Assembly: GCF_000743755.1 (NCBI RefSeq)
Contig: NW_014569504.1
Location: 1 to 47,999, forward strand
Origin: Blastocystis sp. subtype 4
Taxonomy: Eukaryota
DNA: 47,999 nt
Reading direction: 5' to 3'
Positions within the stretch are counted from its first letter, which is position 1, and each line of letters begins with the position of its first letter. Made by a program: the position numbers and the translations under genes. The notes beneath the pieces are model-generated. The model made no database searches. It was not told the origin of the DNA and was given only the letters and a program-made list of their open reading frames with translations. Positions 12,001 to 26,500 of the stretch are shown in pieces.

Positions 12001-12595
12001 TGTTGGTTGTCTGAATGTAGCATATTCCATTTGGATTGCTACTATACAGAACAACACAATCAGCAGGAATCTCCTCATCTTCAGTGAGATAGAGGATATC
12101 GCCCACTTGAATGTCCTTTGCTGCAATTTCTACAATAATGTCTCCTCGAAGAACTCTCACTATTTTGCTATTTGCAACCTACGATGAACACAAATACCAT
12201 TTCCCACTTTGTCAGACTTTCTTCGATTTATATCATCGCTCAATTCTCGGATAGCCGAAACTGAAAAAATGAAAACTAAAGGAAGCCAAGTTGTCCAGGG
12301 ATTGTTTACAGAAATTGTCTTAAACAACTAAAACAGTCAACGTCGACACTAATGAACATACCTGCAATATAGCAATCAGAAGGAAATAGCAATTCATTGG
12401 TTGTCTGTTGCTAAGTGAATGCGACCATACTTACCTAAATTGTTCAAATAGGTTTTTGAATACAAAATTCCATGGAGTGTATTTGGTATTCACCACAACG
12501 TTTGTTGAAAACCCAGGATTCTCGTGGTTGACCGATACATAACCTACTTGTCATATTTCGTTATTCACACTACGCGTCTTCGAGTTATCACTCAT
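9004..12595 (-). CDS. P4-type ATPase (phospholipid flippase)
   Basis: Motifs NTKYTPWNF..KNLFEQF, IDGETNLK, IPISLKVTLE, IFTDKTGTLTKNEM, EFTSERKRMSV, SKGADD, GIEDLLQ, WMITGDK, CRVFPKQK and GIGDGGNDVIMIQ. AACAAACA (TGTTTGTT on the minus strand) lies at 8980-8987. Confidence 0.95.
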
Positions 12596-12709
12596 TTTGT
12601 TAAATCCAAGACAAAATTGAGGAATCACAAAGTTAAAAAGAATCGCGGTTATTATCCAAAGAGACGAGATGCGGTATTCAACAAACACGATAATAAAGGG
12701 ATTACACAG

Positions 12710-15098
12710 TTAGATAGTGAACAAGCCAGAAAACTCCTGATCAAACTTTTCTTTCAAGTCCTTCTTTTCACTCTTAGATACATCAATTCCATTAACATAG
12801 ATTTCTTGAATATGGATAAAGGGATTCATTCTAATGTAGTCTAAAAACATCATTAACCCCCTATACGTAATGGCTGTAAAGCCCAAGGAGATGATGGACA
12901 GATTTGGAACTGTTCCCTTTTGAAGGACATCCAAAAATCTAGTCACAAATGAATCCTGAAGGTTTGCATTCCCGTCTAGCTTTAAATAGCGCAATTTCAC
13001 ACAGTCTCCGTCAATCAATGCATCACACAAAACAGAGAGATCCTTTTCTGATAGGTTACAATCTTGAAGACACAGCAGATCCAAATTACGCGCAGCCTCA
13101 CTGCACATGAATGTGTAAAAGTATTGTCCACATCCAGTGAAAGAGCAACTAGAGAAATTCAAATAGTACAAGGCACAAGGATGATTGGGAAATGCTTCGA
13201 AGAAAAGGTACAATGTTTCAGCAGTAATGAGGTTATTAGAAAAGCCAATTCGCTGAATACTATCGACATTCGAGTATTGCTTCATGTATTGGATTATAAA
13301 CGACATATCTGTGTCTGTAAGCGGATTGAAGGAGAAATCAAGTTGTTCAAATGCGATGGGAGACCCTGGAGTATTCAACAGATTAGTCCATTGAGTCTCA
13401 TCAAAGTTACCAATCAGGTTACCACTGAAGTCAAGGACACTCAATCGAGGGCACTGACCTGTGATTAGAGCAGCAAGTAATAAACAAAACGAATTTTGAT
13501 CAAGAAGATTGGATCGAAGAAGAAGATGGCATAACGAAGTCGCTTTTCCACTAACAAGCCACTGTGTTAAAATCTGAATCTCGGTAACCGAAATACTGAT
13601 ATTCTCCATAAGAAGAGTCTTGATCTTCTTGCAATTGCTGTGAAGCAAAGCTTCGAAAAAGACAGAAAGAGCCTCAGTAATCAATGGATTATTACCGATG
13701 TTGATACGAGTGAGATTCTCTGGATATGGACTTCGCAGATACAAAGCAAACGAACGAATATCTTCTGGACCAATACCAGTATTACTGAGTTCAATCTGAG
13801 AGAGAAGAGGACACACTCCTTGTGCTAATGCATCGAAGAAGGCAACGGTGGAGTTGGCCGATAGATAGTTATCTGAGAGTATCAAGTGTTTCAGATTAGG
13901 ACACGAGTACTGAGACAGAGCCTCTGTCAAATGTCTTATTCCTTCGATTGTTATACAGTTGCTAGAAAGATTCAGATTCTCCAAATCTGCAAGTAGACCT
14001 CGTTCCATAATACTCTGCATGGATCGTATATTGGAGTCATGAAGCTGGGTATTATCAAGGATTAGATCGTGAATTGGAGCAGAACAAACGTTGCTCTTCC
14101 CACTTGGCCACAGAGAACGAACAAGAACTTCAAAACCACGGGTTTGTAAGGGACAGTCGCTGAGAACAAGACGTCGAAGAAGAGTAAATGTGCTGAAATC
14201 CACGAGCTTGAAGAAGTTCAACACTCCTTCTACGTCATTCGTGGTAATCTGCAGAGATGCCAAAGCTCTGTTGAGACCGTTCATGGAAGCTTCTGAAAAT
14301 GCATAGCAAATACGGGTTGTGAGATAGAAACACTGCAAAGTTAGAGAAAAGGCATCTTCCGAAGAGACCAATCCAAGTCGTAATGTTCGGCTCACTTTGT
14401 CATCCAAAGCCTCAATAACAGATACAATATTCTCTTCACTTAGAAGATGAACAGCGATTGAACGTAAAAAGAGAAAACCATCATTTCGGATAATCCGACA
14501 AAATCGATCCATTTCGTTGTTATCGCATTCATCATAAAGGGCAACATCCGAGATGAAAGGACTTTTATTTAATGAATCAACCCACTCAGCTCGACAATTG
14601 ACCGATACACTGATCCGAGCCGTCTGGATAAGCTTACAAAAGTAGCGATTTACAGAAGAAAGAATAATTTGGGTACCCAATGAACAGTACTGGATGACCT
14701 CAACCATGGTTGCAACACGGATTCTCGTTAGAGGGTCCTCATCTAGCTCTGGATACATCTCAGAAATACACTTAATGAATCGATGAGAACGAGCTTGCAT
14801 AACATCGTTAATTACTTTTTTTCGTTGTTTCTCTGTTTTCAAATCGATAATGTCCAATTGTGCTTCGCTTGGAACTACAAATTATAGTCTTTTAAGGATC
14901 CTCACCTTCAGGTTCTGTTTGAATAGCCTTAAGAATTGTTTCAATATCTCCAACATTTTCCAAAGTACTGACGCAAGAGTACAATGACTCCTCCTGGAGA
15001 GATGGAGATTGTTGCGTTGTTAGAGTTAATTCCGGAATATCCGGTGATGAAATAAGCCTCTTATTGCGATTTTGCGCTTGACTTTGACTTTGTCCCAT
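12710..15098 (-). CDS. RNI-like leucine-rich repeat protein with predicted N-myristoylation site and possible F-box
   Basis: Exon 1 MGQSQSQAQ... is spliced through a ~31-nt intron to a long exon with many LxxLxLxxNx(I/L) repeats. An F-box-like segment MVEVIQYCSLGTQIILSSVNRYF precedes the repeats. AACAAACA lies at 12680-12687. Confidence 0.75.
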
Positions 15099-15230
15099 TT
15101 TATTGAAACAAATCCAACTTTCCTCAATATTAATTGTGTTCGGAACACAACAAATCAAGTAACTAATATAACAGTATATAGTTCCAGGATCAATCCCGTT
15201 GTTAACATTTCTTTTCATACCAATTTTTTA

Positions 15231-16435
15231 ATGACACGCTATTCTCTCTTCCTCGCTATATTTCTCTCTTTATTTTTATTGTGTTCTTGTGATAGGTTGG
15301 CTTATTACGTGAGAGTTATGATCAGGTCAGTTCAAGCTGAGGAGTTAGGTCAGCCAAAAGATTGCCTTGGAAAGCCAGGCTTGTCAAGTATAAATGTATA
15401 ATAACTCTAATTTGTAGCGAATTGTACATCCCTTCATGTCATGCAACATGCCAAAGTAGAAAAAAGTGCAATAAAGGTAGAACTCGATCATGTGTATTAC
15501 AGGCAGAATGAAGAGGAAATAACGAAGAAGAGCGATTCTTGGATGTCTGGGTTTCTGAAGACATTCGTTATGATTATCAGTATGGAAATTGGCGATAAGA
15601 CCTTTTTCATTGGTGCCATTCTAGCAATGTCACATAATCGTTGGTTAGTCTTCATTGGGTCTGTTTTGGCTCTTGTTGTAATGTGTGTCATTTCATGTGT
15701 CATCGGTCTGTCGGCTCCCATTCTGATGTCTCGTGAGGTCACTGTAGTGGTGGCTGCAGTTCTGGTCTTCGTAGTAGTTGACTCTAATTGATAGTTTGTG
15801 TTCTTTGGAGTTCGCATGATCATTGAAGGTCTGCAGACCAGGGAGCAGTAGGATTGATATTCTGGTTTTATTCTAGAGATGTCAGTGGTGAGTATGCTGA
15901 AGCAGAAGAGAGTATCAAGAAACACATTTCAGAGTACAGATGTCCTTATTCAGAATTATGGATAGAAATAACTCAATTCATTCTGACGCCGAAATGGGTC
16001 TGATTTCAAAGAAGAACGATGATGCTACCAAGGATGAGTTCAAATGTAATCTCAACAATGTAGCTACATAAAACGAATATGAAGTAGATCGTTCTTCGTA
16101 CCTTCATAATGGTCTTTTTCGCAGAGTGGGGTGATCGTTCTCAGGTTGACATCACATTGTCTTCTAATTCCTAGTTCTCCACACTTTTATTGGCTGGAAC
16201 CCATCCTGTTTCTTCAGGTTGATGTTAGTTCGTAAACTCATGTCTAGTGATTGCTGGTGCTACCTGTGGTTATATTGTGGCTACACTGTGCGGAATTCTA
16301 GGAGGAAATTTCTTCGCTCGAATTATCTCACCCAAGGTTATTTCGATTGCTGGTATTATAGGTTGAGAGATGTGATATGAAGGTGGTATTCTGTTCCTTC
16401 TGTTCGCTCTGCAGATAGTAATCTTCAAGGATTAG
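15231..16435 (+). CDS. GDT1: GDT1/TMEM165 (UPF0016) Ca2+/Mn2+ transporter
   Basis: Signal peptide, the two signature motifs EIGDKTFF and EWGDRSQ, and multiple TM helices. Confidence 0.92.
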
Positions 16436-16480
16436 TGTGGTTTGTTATCAACACAATATGATTTATATAACAAAGAATCT

Positions 16481-18651
16481 CTAAACATACAACTTCTCCA
16501 TGATTCCATCCTTCCGAAGGAACTCAGAACCCTTCACAGTGAATGCAAAGCGGTCGTTTTCATCCTTCAACAGTCGCGAAAACTCACTTTCATATCTACA
16601 GATCATTCTACTTCCTTTCTTCTACGTAACATTCACAACATTGTTGAAATGCTGTCGCACACGCACTAATTTCACTCTCAACTTCTTCATCATCTCGACA
16701 ACATTTGGATCATAATGATTCATCAATACCGATAACTCCCATAAATAGCTTTCCATAGCACGACTCTGATTGATATCATTTGTAGTATTGTCAAACGGAT
16801 CAAATACAGACCAATCCACATCTTTCAAATGTTTGAATTCAAATGTCTGCTTCACACGTTTCAGAGGCAATTCAAGTTCATGCTGACGTTTTTCTCTCTT
16901 CAGTTTCATCCGGTCTAGAGTTCGCTTCACAATTTCAGATGATAAAACTGTTGTTGATCGTTCTACTTTCATCATTTGATTGTCTGCCTTTTCTGCAACC
17001 ACCTCTTCATCAGCCTTCTCATCATTACTCTCATCTTCATCTTCATCTTCTTCATCATCTTCATCATCTTCCAAATCCATTGCCTTCTTCTTCAAAATAT
17101 TCATCTCTTCCTCTTCTACTCCAGGTAATGCCTTTCTATGTCCCACGACATCATAAATGTTCTCTTCATCATCCACATGAAGAAGAGAGTAGCAAACACT
17201 ATGATAAGTAATAAGCTCAGTTATCAGAGGAATCACAAACAATGCTGTAGAAGGCGAGTCTGTGATTGCGATTCGACAAAGTCGTTTGCAAAAGGCAGCC
17301 ACGACTATAGAAGGTACAGCTGAGGAACGGAGTGACTGTACCAGCAAGGTAAGGAATCGCTGCTTGTATTTCAGTTGAAAGGCTTCTGGTGTAAGTAACT
17401 GATAGAGTTTGTTGTAGTAATTGGGATAATTCACATTATACTTCGTAATGAGTTCAAAAAGTCCACTCAAGGCCAGAACTGAAGTCATTCCTCCATAGTC
17501 AAAACAATCAGTCAAATAATCAGCCATTTGAACAGGCATTTGGAGATAAGGAAGAATCTCTGAATGAACCTTCATAAGTACATATTGAATTAGATTCTCA
17601 CTGAGTTCATGACGTAAGAGAGACATAATAAGAGTTTGATAATTCTTCTTTTGTGCTGCTTCTGAACGATTCTTCTCAGCAAAAATACCCTGAGAATGAG
17701 ATAATAAAACCACACCTACCATTATCTGGACTTGTTCATCAACTGGTCGTTCGATGAGAGAAAGTAAATAGAATGCACGTTTTACGAAGTCCTCTCTAGA
17801 AATAATTGATACTAGATATGATTACGGTGCTAGATCTTTGACCTCTATATCTTCTTCCGTTTGTTCGGTATCATCAGGTACTTCGTCTGTTGACTGGCTC
17901 TTATCTCCATTCTTGTTAGAAAGATTGAAGAGAGTTCGGTATGTATAGAACTTGAAGTCTGTGTATTGGAAATACTCCTATGAATCAGTTCAACTCGAAA
18001 TAACACACTTCTTTCAAACACAAACGCAACTGATCTGGTAGAGTGGTAAAAGACATGAGTTTGGCAATGATCTACTCTAAGAATCTCTCATCACCGCTAC
18101 CATAGTAAACAGATTGTCATCAAATACAAGAGTTGTTTCCTTACTTCCATATCCACCCTTCTGACAGAATGAGATAACGATACGGAATGCAGTCAACTAT
18201 TTTTGATCCGTTTATTCAATAACTACCTGTGTAACAGAATCCTCGGAGTCAATCAAGTCAAGAAGGGTTTCATAATACGACTTATAATTCGATAGTAACC
18301 ACAATCTGAACTTTTCTACAGCTTCATTCACTATTCCAGTTAGAAATGAGAAAAAATGCCATACACTTCGACGAAGCATTCAGGTATTTCGGTCGTAGAT
18401 AGTTCTTATCAATTACTTTGGTAAAGACACGACGAAGAGACTGCATGGCTGCAATTACAAGATCTGACTTCTATTCCCATGAACTATTAAACAATCGACC
18501 TACATACTTAGTCTCATCGAGAAACTGCATCAGTCGAGAGATGTCTACAGATAATCATCGACAAATCAAGCGAAATACCATTTGTATTCTGAATATTCTT
18601 GTCAATCCGGGCTTCGAGTTCTCGAATAGTCTGAACAGTCTCTTGAGGCAT
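16481..18651 (-). CDS. NOC4: Nucleolar complex protein 4 (CBF/Mak21 domain)
   Basis: Motifs ADYLTDCFDYGGMTSVLALSGLFELITKYNVNYPNYYNKLYQLL, VAAFCKRLCR and DPFD...SRAMESYLWEL..L.NHYDPNV. Confidence 0.9.
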
Positions 18652-18788
18652 CTTTGTTGAGTTTGATTCCTCTTACGAGATGTGGTGTTTTTTTGTCATT
18701 CCTAAAATTTCAATGCCCTCATAATCGAGAACCGCGGAACTTTCTAACTTTCTGCCGTTTTCTTCTCTTCAGCAAATCAAAACAAAGG

Positions 18789-19388
18789 ATGGAAAACGCA
18801 CAGGATCAGGCAAAGGAAGAGGTGAATGTGGACTTCGGTGAGGATGCTCCTCAGAATGAACCTGAACTTAGTCTTGAAAGTCTCGACAAACTCGCTGAAA
18901 ACATTGATGCGGAGCAGAATGATGATCTCCAAAAGGTGAAGGAGATGGCAGCCGAGGTAATTCTAGTTGGAGAAAGTCATTGTTAGAATAATGAGAAGAT
19001 CAATGCTGTGGTTCAGCTCCCCACTGACAGAGACAATATTGACGAACGAAGCATTTTTGTCAAGCAAGTGGATTACGGTGTGACTCCTCAAGAGTTGATG
19101 GAGTATTTCTCAACTTGTGGAAGTATCACTCGTATTAAAATTCTTACAACGAAGCAGGGAGTTCCTAAAGGGTTGATATGGATTGATATTCTTATGAATA
19201 GAGCTGCTTATATCGAGTTCGCTGATCCCGAGTCCGTGAAGTCTGCCCTTATGTTTTCAGGGAACTCGTTCCATGATAGAACGTTGGTAGTTGAACCAAA
19301 GCGAAAGAATATTCCTCGACATTTTTTGCATCGGGGAAGAGGCCGTGGTCGTGGTGGATATCATCGTGGCGCTTATCGTTCTTACTAA
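18789..19388 (+). CDS. PABPN1: Nuclear poly(A)-binding protein (single RRM plus RGG tail)
   Basis: Acidic N-terminus, IDERSIFVKQVDYGVTPQELMEYFSTCGSITRIKIL..PKG|AAYIEF..VEPKRKNIP, and a C-terminal RGRGRGRGGY. Confidence 0.85.
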
Positions 19389-19460
19389 TTCTCTTTGTTT
19401 ATTTGACATGTTTCTTGTGTAAGTTAACTAGCTCCATATTCTTAATGACAAACAAGTAGC

Positions 19461-20471
19461 TCATACACCAATATTATTAGGTCGTGGAACTGGTGTTGCC
19501 TTGACCTGTGTGGTTGTCACTGTTGCTGGACCTCTCCCCTTATTTGGAGGGATCACCACCAATGCAGTATCACAACCCATACGCACAACAGGAAGAAGAA
19601 CTGGTTGACCAGGATTGCGATCAGGCATTTGAACATACATGGCTTCTGGGAACGAATCTGGGTCTATATATCACGAACAATAACCTGTATAGACTCGTAT
19701 TATAAGGAACGGCCATTACAACACAAGGAGCAGGATAGAGCAACGCAATCTGAGATGCATTCTGTGCAGAGACTACTGAAGGAGTTTGTGGCGCTGTATT
19801 TGCAGTTCCTGCAGAGGCTGCGTTTGGATTTCCAAAGATATACCCTTTTGCTAAATAACTCAGTTTGTTGACAGGAATTTGAAGTTTGCCAATCTTTACA
19901 TTTGATATCACATCAACATCTGCTAAAGAACTGTTCGCATCCACATTGCTCACAATTCCCGTATAGGAAACAGCCTACGCATTATACAAGAGATATAACT
20001 GTTACATCTGTAATAAAACTAACTAAATCGCCATTCTCGATAGGAATACTTGTTGTAGTATTCACTACATATTAGATACTTCCAACACAATCAAACTCCT
20101 TCTTTCAACAAACTGAAATGATCCATGCTTCAACTCAATCTGTTTGTGTGTATTAAGAATCGTAGCCAGTACACTTGAAACACTAGCTGAATCCACAACA
20201 GCCTGATACACTTGACCCTATAAGTCATACCAACTAACAAATAAACTCACTTGGCTTGAAAACTGGATGCGATCACCTTTACTGGCATATTGATTCCATT
20301 TGTTGTCGATACTACTATAGGTAAACATGGCACACATGATTGAATTGTTGAAAACCTTGTATTTGTTGAGTTCACAAAATTATCCACTATTTTGGCATCA
20401 TAATCGACTTGTTTGAAATGATCTTTATATAACGTATGCTCTCTGAAACCCAATGGATCTGGATAGTACAT
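19461..20471 (-). CDS. Hypothetical protein (multi-exon)
   Basis: Spliceable ORF segments run from MYYPDPLGF... to ...PVPRPNNIGV*. A TGTTTGTC motif on the minus strand lies at 19447-19454. No recognised domain, and the start is uncertain. Confidence 0.55.
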
Positions 20472-20577
20472 GCAGTTTCAATCTGTCTTATGCATTCTTT
20501 TATACATGGGATAACAAGGGTTAAAAAGGAGATATCGTGAATGAAGAACCATGTACACAAGAAATTTTCCGATATTC

Positions 20578-23500
20578 ATGTCACTTGTCAAAACCATTGA
20601 CAGAGTTTTGACAAGTCCGTATTATTATCTTGTTTCTGTAATGAACGAGTGTTACCAGTCGTGGCAATCCCTTTGTGAGGCAAATCGGATCCACTGGGAA
20701 GATGTATGTCAAGACGGAATGCAACCAGATGCTTGCATGTATCCGACTGAAGAACTCTATCCGGAATATGAGAAAGCATGGAAAGCGTGTGAAGAGCTCG
20801 TTTCTAACTCTCAAGATCGTGAGTACTTGTATGACAAGACTGAGTTATCTGCTCTTTTTCTATTAGAGGAATCTTCAAATGTGAATGTACTTTATTTCCG
20901 AGACTCATGACTGTAGCTCTCCATTCTGAAGACGATTGAAACTGATGTGTTGTTCATAGCCAAAGTCATGACTACACCAATAGCCTTCACTCGATTCATT
21001 TCGCTACTAACAAAAATGGAAGCACTTCTTGTTCTGTTTCTAGGAAACTCCCATTCGGAGATTCGCTTCTTTGCTACAGTGATGCTGAACATTCTGTAGA
21101 ATTTTCATGGTTGTTTTACTCTAGGTTTGACGGTCATGACTGGCAACTGAATAGTCCTCTCCCTGTAACAGTCACAGAAGTGGGAAAGAATGTTGATTTC
21201 TTGATTTCGATTGAAGAAGACCAGCTCTCAAGTGATTGGATCTTGCTCTATTCTTCTTCCTTTTCTTTTAAGGATGTAGCTAGTGATGTTTTGGCTCCTC
21301 GAATCATTACGCGACATCAGTTGATGATATCTCCTGATAATCGGTACAAGCAATTCGGTAGCTTCATTATAGACATCGTCTGATTCCATCTATCCCATTC
21401 AAGCCATTTCAGAACCCTGGATTCTATGATTGGTGTGTTTTGAAATCCAGTACAACAGAGATGATTTCAAAGGGTCGTTTCATCGTGTTTCCTGAGAATA
21501 CAAGTCATCACCAGTTCTATGAGGTATTCTTCATGTGTTTTTAGGACGTAGATTCCCTCTGATCTCGAAATTACATTGAGAAAGTCGTCTTCTTGTCAAT
21601 CTACGTTTTCTTTGCTCAACTCACTTATTCCATCCTTGAAAGAGAAGGGAGTGACAATTGTATCTTTGTCTCCTTCTATGGCACATACATCACTATCACT
21701 CCAAGCTACACCTGTTGAAGGAGAGAGCAGTTCTGAAGAGATTGGAATGCGATTGGGTCTAAGCTCAGTGGAATCGTCACCTCTGGACACTGAAGATTCG
21801 GATGGTTTATCAGAGAATCGAGAGAGCAGCCATATAATGAATGAATTTGATGGAGTAAACTGTGGTACTCTGGAAGAGTTTCATTCCCTTCAGAACACGT
21901 AACCTAGGAATACTCAACTCATTTATAGTATGGAGAACCAATCCATGCGTCTAATGCTTCCATTAAACCCCAATGTCATTAAATATGAAGGAATGAGTAT
22001 GGAGAATCTGGTAGCATATAAAGAAAATGGAGCGTATTTATGGCACCCAGGAACAGATGGAAAAGAAACTGAATGGGAAACAGAATACCTTCCTAATTAT
22101 CGTTTAGTATTTCTATTCCTCATATGTGATCATAGAATGAAACATGGAATGGGATCATCACTCGGATGATTGCTTGGAATCGTGAGTATGACATTACTAC
22201 TTTCTTTCTTCAGGATGGTCAGTCCTGGCCCATTATTCTTGAAGCTGATCCAACTGCTCCTTCAAAATCAGATTATTCATTGATGGAAGGAACTACAGTC
22301 CTTGAGAATGAAGAAAGTGGATACTGGACATGTGTATCTGCATTGGATAGTGGCTATCCTAATCCCTTTCTTGTCAAAATTGCACGTAAGATGAATGAAG
22401 TGAGTAAGGATATTCTGATCTGCAGTTCAGGTAGGAATGAATTCGTTGTGTAATGTAGCCTTCTGGAATCGAAGCCAGTGGATTCTTGCTAGTGGAGTAT
22501 TGCCTTTCTGTAATGATATGCTTGAAGAATTGAGTAGTCTAAATGATGTTGAGATTAACAAGAGTGGTCAGATTGAGTACTTGTAAAAACACATCATTTC
22601 TATTAGGGGTAGAGATCATGTAGATGGTCCAACTGACATGTTTGAGTTTCAGAAATCGATTACCCATCTTACATCCTTCATTGAAAATGCATCACACTAT
22701 GTTGTCCACTTTATCTGTTCCCAATACTCTCCATATCCCAGTATTACTCTCCATCGATCCACATGGCCTGCTGTATGTCTCTTGTTTACTCTTCCTACAT
22801 TGCCTTCATGTTATTACCGAGAAGATGAAGGCAAATCTTTCAAAATTACCTCAGGAGAGGAATATGTCCTTCGTCGTTCTTGCAATCATTCGTTTGGAGA
22901 GAGTTTAGATCCAATTCCACCCATGTCAATCACTGAATCCATTGATGTTCCAGTAGCTGAGGTTATGACCTTTTCTACAAATGATGAATCGAGTAGGAGT
23001 GTTGAAATCGATAGACTGTAGAATGGGAACCACATTATGCAGCTCGATTGCATCGTAAAGGTAGGTGTCTGAATGGAAGATGAGTGATAGTCATCAACTT
23101 TCATTACGAAGCTCCCTCTTCGGTAACTGAGGTCTGTTTAGTGGGATCTTTCAACAATTGGGATACAACAAAGGATGCTATGATTATACGCAAGTCCGAA
23201 GGGAATACAAACATCTTTGAAGTGTATTTGGAATTGTATTCAGGACTCTATTACTACAAATTCTATTTACCTGGCTCTAAAACATACATTCATGATCCAA
23301 TGAATCCGAATAAAGTCAGTGATCCATATGGAGGTTTCAACAGCGTCTTAGAGATTCCTGTTTGCATTTATCATGTGTTTTAAAGTAGATTCAAACTCAA
23401 CTGAAACATCCTTTACTCCAAAGTGCTCAGACAAAAGCTGATGTTTGGTGGAATGATACGGATACTTCAAATCAACCTTACCACACTCTATCTTACGGTA

Positions 23501-26500
23501 ATCTCGGAATTCTTTCAACTAAGTCAAGTGAAGTCGCATCTTCTGTGAAACGGGTAACTTCGTGGGTGCGAATAAGTTCATCCGATTCATTGGACAAGAA
23601 TATTTCGACTCCATCCTATTCAATCTCCTACACCGATCTTGATAAAGTAGATGTGATGTGAAAAGGTCACTGATAGCTGGATAAACTCGAAGGTGATGTT
23701 CGTGATGCAATTGGTCCTCAGTATGGCTTTGATCTCAATCATATTGATGCACATTACCAATTTTTCCGTGATCTCCGTCAGAAATATCCCGTTCTTGTTG
23801 ATGGCAGCTATATTCCTCTTCATGTATTCATGAAAATTGTTCCTGATATATAGGCTCAACCAATGACATCACGAATCCTTGCTTTTTGTCGTTATTGGAA
23901 GGATGAAATGATTGTGATCATCGTATCGTTTGAGAAGGAACCAACAACCATATCACTTCCTCTGGATGAGTTACAATTGCCTATTCATACTCTCTGTTTG
24001 TATTCTCTTCTTGTCTAATATGTAGATGGATCAGAGACTCTTTCTGGCTTGTGGAATGTTACTCATCTTCGTGATTCATCTACATGCATGGTAGGAATAG
24101 AATTCTCCATTGATTGTAGTGGTCTTCCCAGGAGTTAACTTCACGTATTTATACTCGTTCGCTTCTTCCTTTCGACTTTTCGCTCTTTCATATGACTTAC
24201 AATGCCAATGTATCAGAAGAGGTATGGAAAGTCTACGTCAAACAGGGTTTTGATGATCTGGAACAGATTCTAGACACTACAAGACCTATAGGGCAGCAAT
24301 TCTATGATGGAAAGCATGTGTGGAATCATCGAATGTTACGAGAAGCTGAGATCCTGAAGGAACTCCATAATAATTCAATCTTTGCTACAGTATGCAGTCT
24401 CGTTGATACCCTTGTCAATACATCAGACCCAACTTCAGTCGATCTTCAATTAGAATCCCTCAAAACATGGTTTCTGGATGTTTGTGAACAATGTTCAGGT
24501 TGGATTGAGTTTATTCAATGAAGAATAGTGAATGATGAAGCCAAACGCCAGCAGATATTTCGTGAAATTCTCTTCTACTCTTCATTTTTGTATAATAATC
24601 ACACTGAAAAACATGATTCCAGCATGAACACACATCGTAATCAAGCTCTTCTTGATGCTCTTCAACGGAATTCTTCTCCTTTCATTCAGGCTGTTTATCA
24701 GCAGAATAAACTTGGACCAATTGTGATAATCACTCCAGAACTTGGAAAATGGTCTACCGTTGGAGGATTAGGTGTTATGGTAGACAATCTTTCTCGTTCT
24801 CTAGCCAATCAAGGGCAGGAAGTTATTGTTATCAGTCCTTACTATGATCGAAATCGCTATGGAGAAGTGGACTATCTGAAACGAGATGGAATATTATATG
24901 AAAGGAATCTTTCTGTTCAGATGCCACGAGGAGATGTGTTGGACGTGGGTTACCATCGTGGCTCACTGAATAACATCACTTATATCTTCTTTCATCATGC
25001 ATCTACATTCATGCGACCTTATCCAAGTGGTTCTGCTGCCTTTCAGATGCATTGTAAGTGAATGTTATGGCTTTTACATCCAGGTCAAGTGTTAATGGCT
25101 TTGGCTCCTCTAACATATTGTGCAGTGAGTGGTATCACTCCCTCAATCGTCATTACTAATGACTGGCCATGTGGTTTGGTGGCTACATATGCCCGAATGT
25201 ACTACAACACGACATCTTTGAAGAATGCTTCATTCTTTCATATCATTCATAATCTCGATGAGTGCTATGAAGGACGAATCTATCCAGAAGGAGATGAGAA
25301 ACTGGAGAATGTGCATGGACTTCCATTGTATCTCCTTCAAGATCCCTACTGGAAATCCAACATTTTGAATCCTTCTCGTTGTGCACTCCTCTCAACAGAT
25401 AATTGGGGAACTGTTAGTAATGTGTATCAAGATGATATCATGCGTTCTTCACCACTCTCTCCTTTGCTCCGTCGATTTCCTCAACCTTTCTCATCTCCCA
25501 ACGGTGTTTTTGTCTATGAGAAGAAGATTAAATATTTGACGTTATCAACACGTACTCATAATACTGCCAAGTTGTATGTACAGAGGAAGTACTTTGGGAT
25601 TGAAAATCTGAATATCCCTCTCTTGGTATTTGTAGGGCGAATTACCGAACAGAAGGGAGTACATTTGATATGTGAAGTAGCTGAAGAGTTGATCGTATCT
25701 CGAAATCGTAATATCCAGATTATCTTAGGAGGAATTGCGAATGAGAATGATCCATATGGAAGGTATTGTATCAACAAGATCAATCATCTCCGTACCTATT
25801 ATGGAGATTGTTTCTGGGCAAATCCTTATGAGTTCTTTGTGGATGGATTTGTGTGTAATCTGGCTGCTGACTTTGGTCTAATGCCTTCACTCTTTGAACC
25901 TTGTGGAATTGTGCAAGACGAATTCTTTGCCGCTGGAACCCCTGTGATTGCTTTCAATACGGGGGGTCTGAAAGAGACAGTGAGTGATTGGATGAGCGAA
26001 TCATCGACTCCCAATGGATTCTTGTTCTCAGGCTATAGTTATCGTGATTTTTTGAATACTATCAATCGTGCTTTGGGTGTATTTGCAAATAAGAGTGATT
26101 ACGAACGACTTCGGGAATCCACTAGCCATACGACGATTGAAGTGGCAGAGCAGGCTAGAGATTATCTTTCAGAATTTTATCGTCTTCAGCGATGCTTACT
26201 ACCTAATGTGCAGACTCCTTTTGTGTATGAGTATGAACATCGTCCTAATCAGGTTCTCTTGGTTGGAGATTTCACTGAGTGGGCAAACCATCCTATTGAA
26301 ATGAATCATGATGAGACAAAGAAGTGTTTCATTGTGAGTGTGATGTTACCGGCAGGTGATTACCGGTATAAGTAGGTTTCTTTGATTTTTATAAAGAGTA
26401 GATTTCTTGTTGATGGGAATTGGACGACAAATAGTCATTTACCTTCTTTCCCTGATGAAAGTTCCAACAAGAACCATATAATAACGATTCCCGAGTGTAC

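Noticed and set aside
16843..17211. His-rich plus-strand ORF / TCATCT microsatellite
   Set aside because: This is the antisense of the acidic Asp/Glu tract in NOC4.
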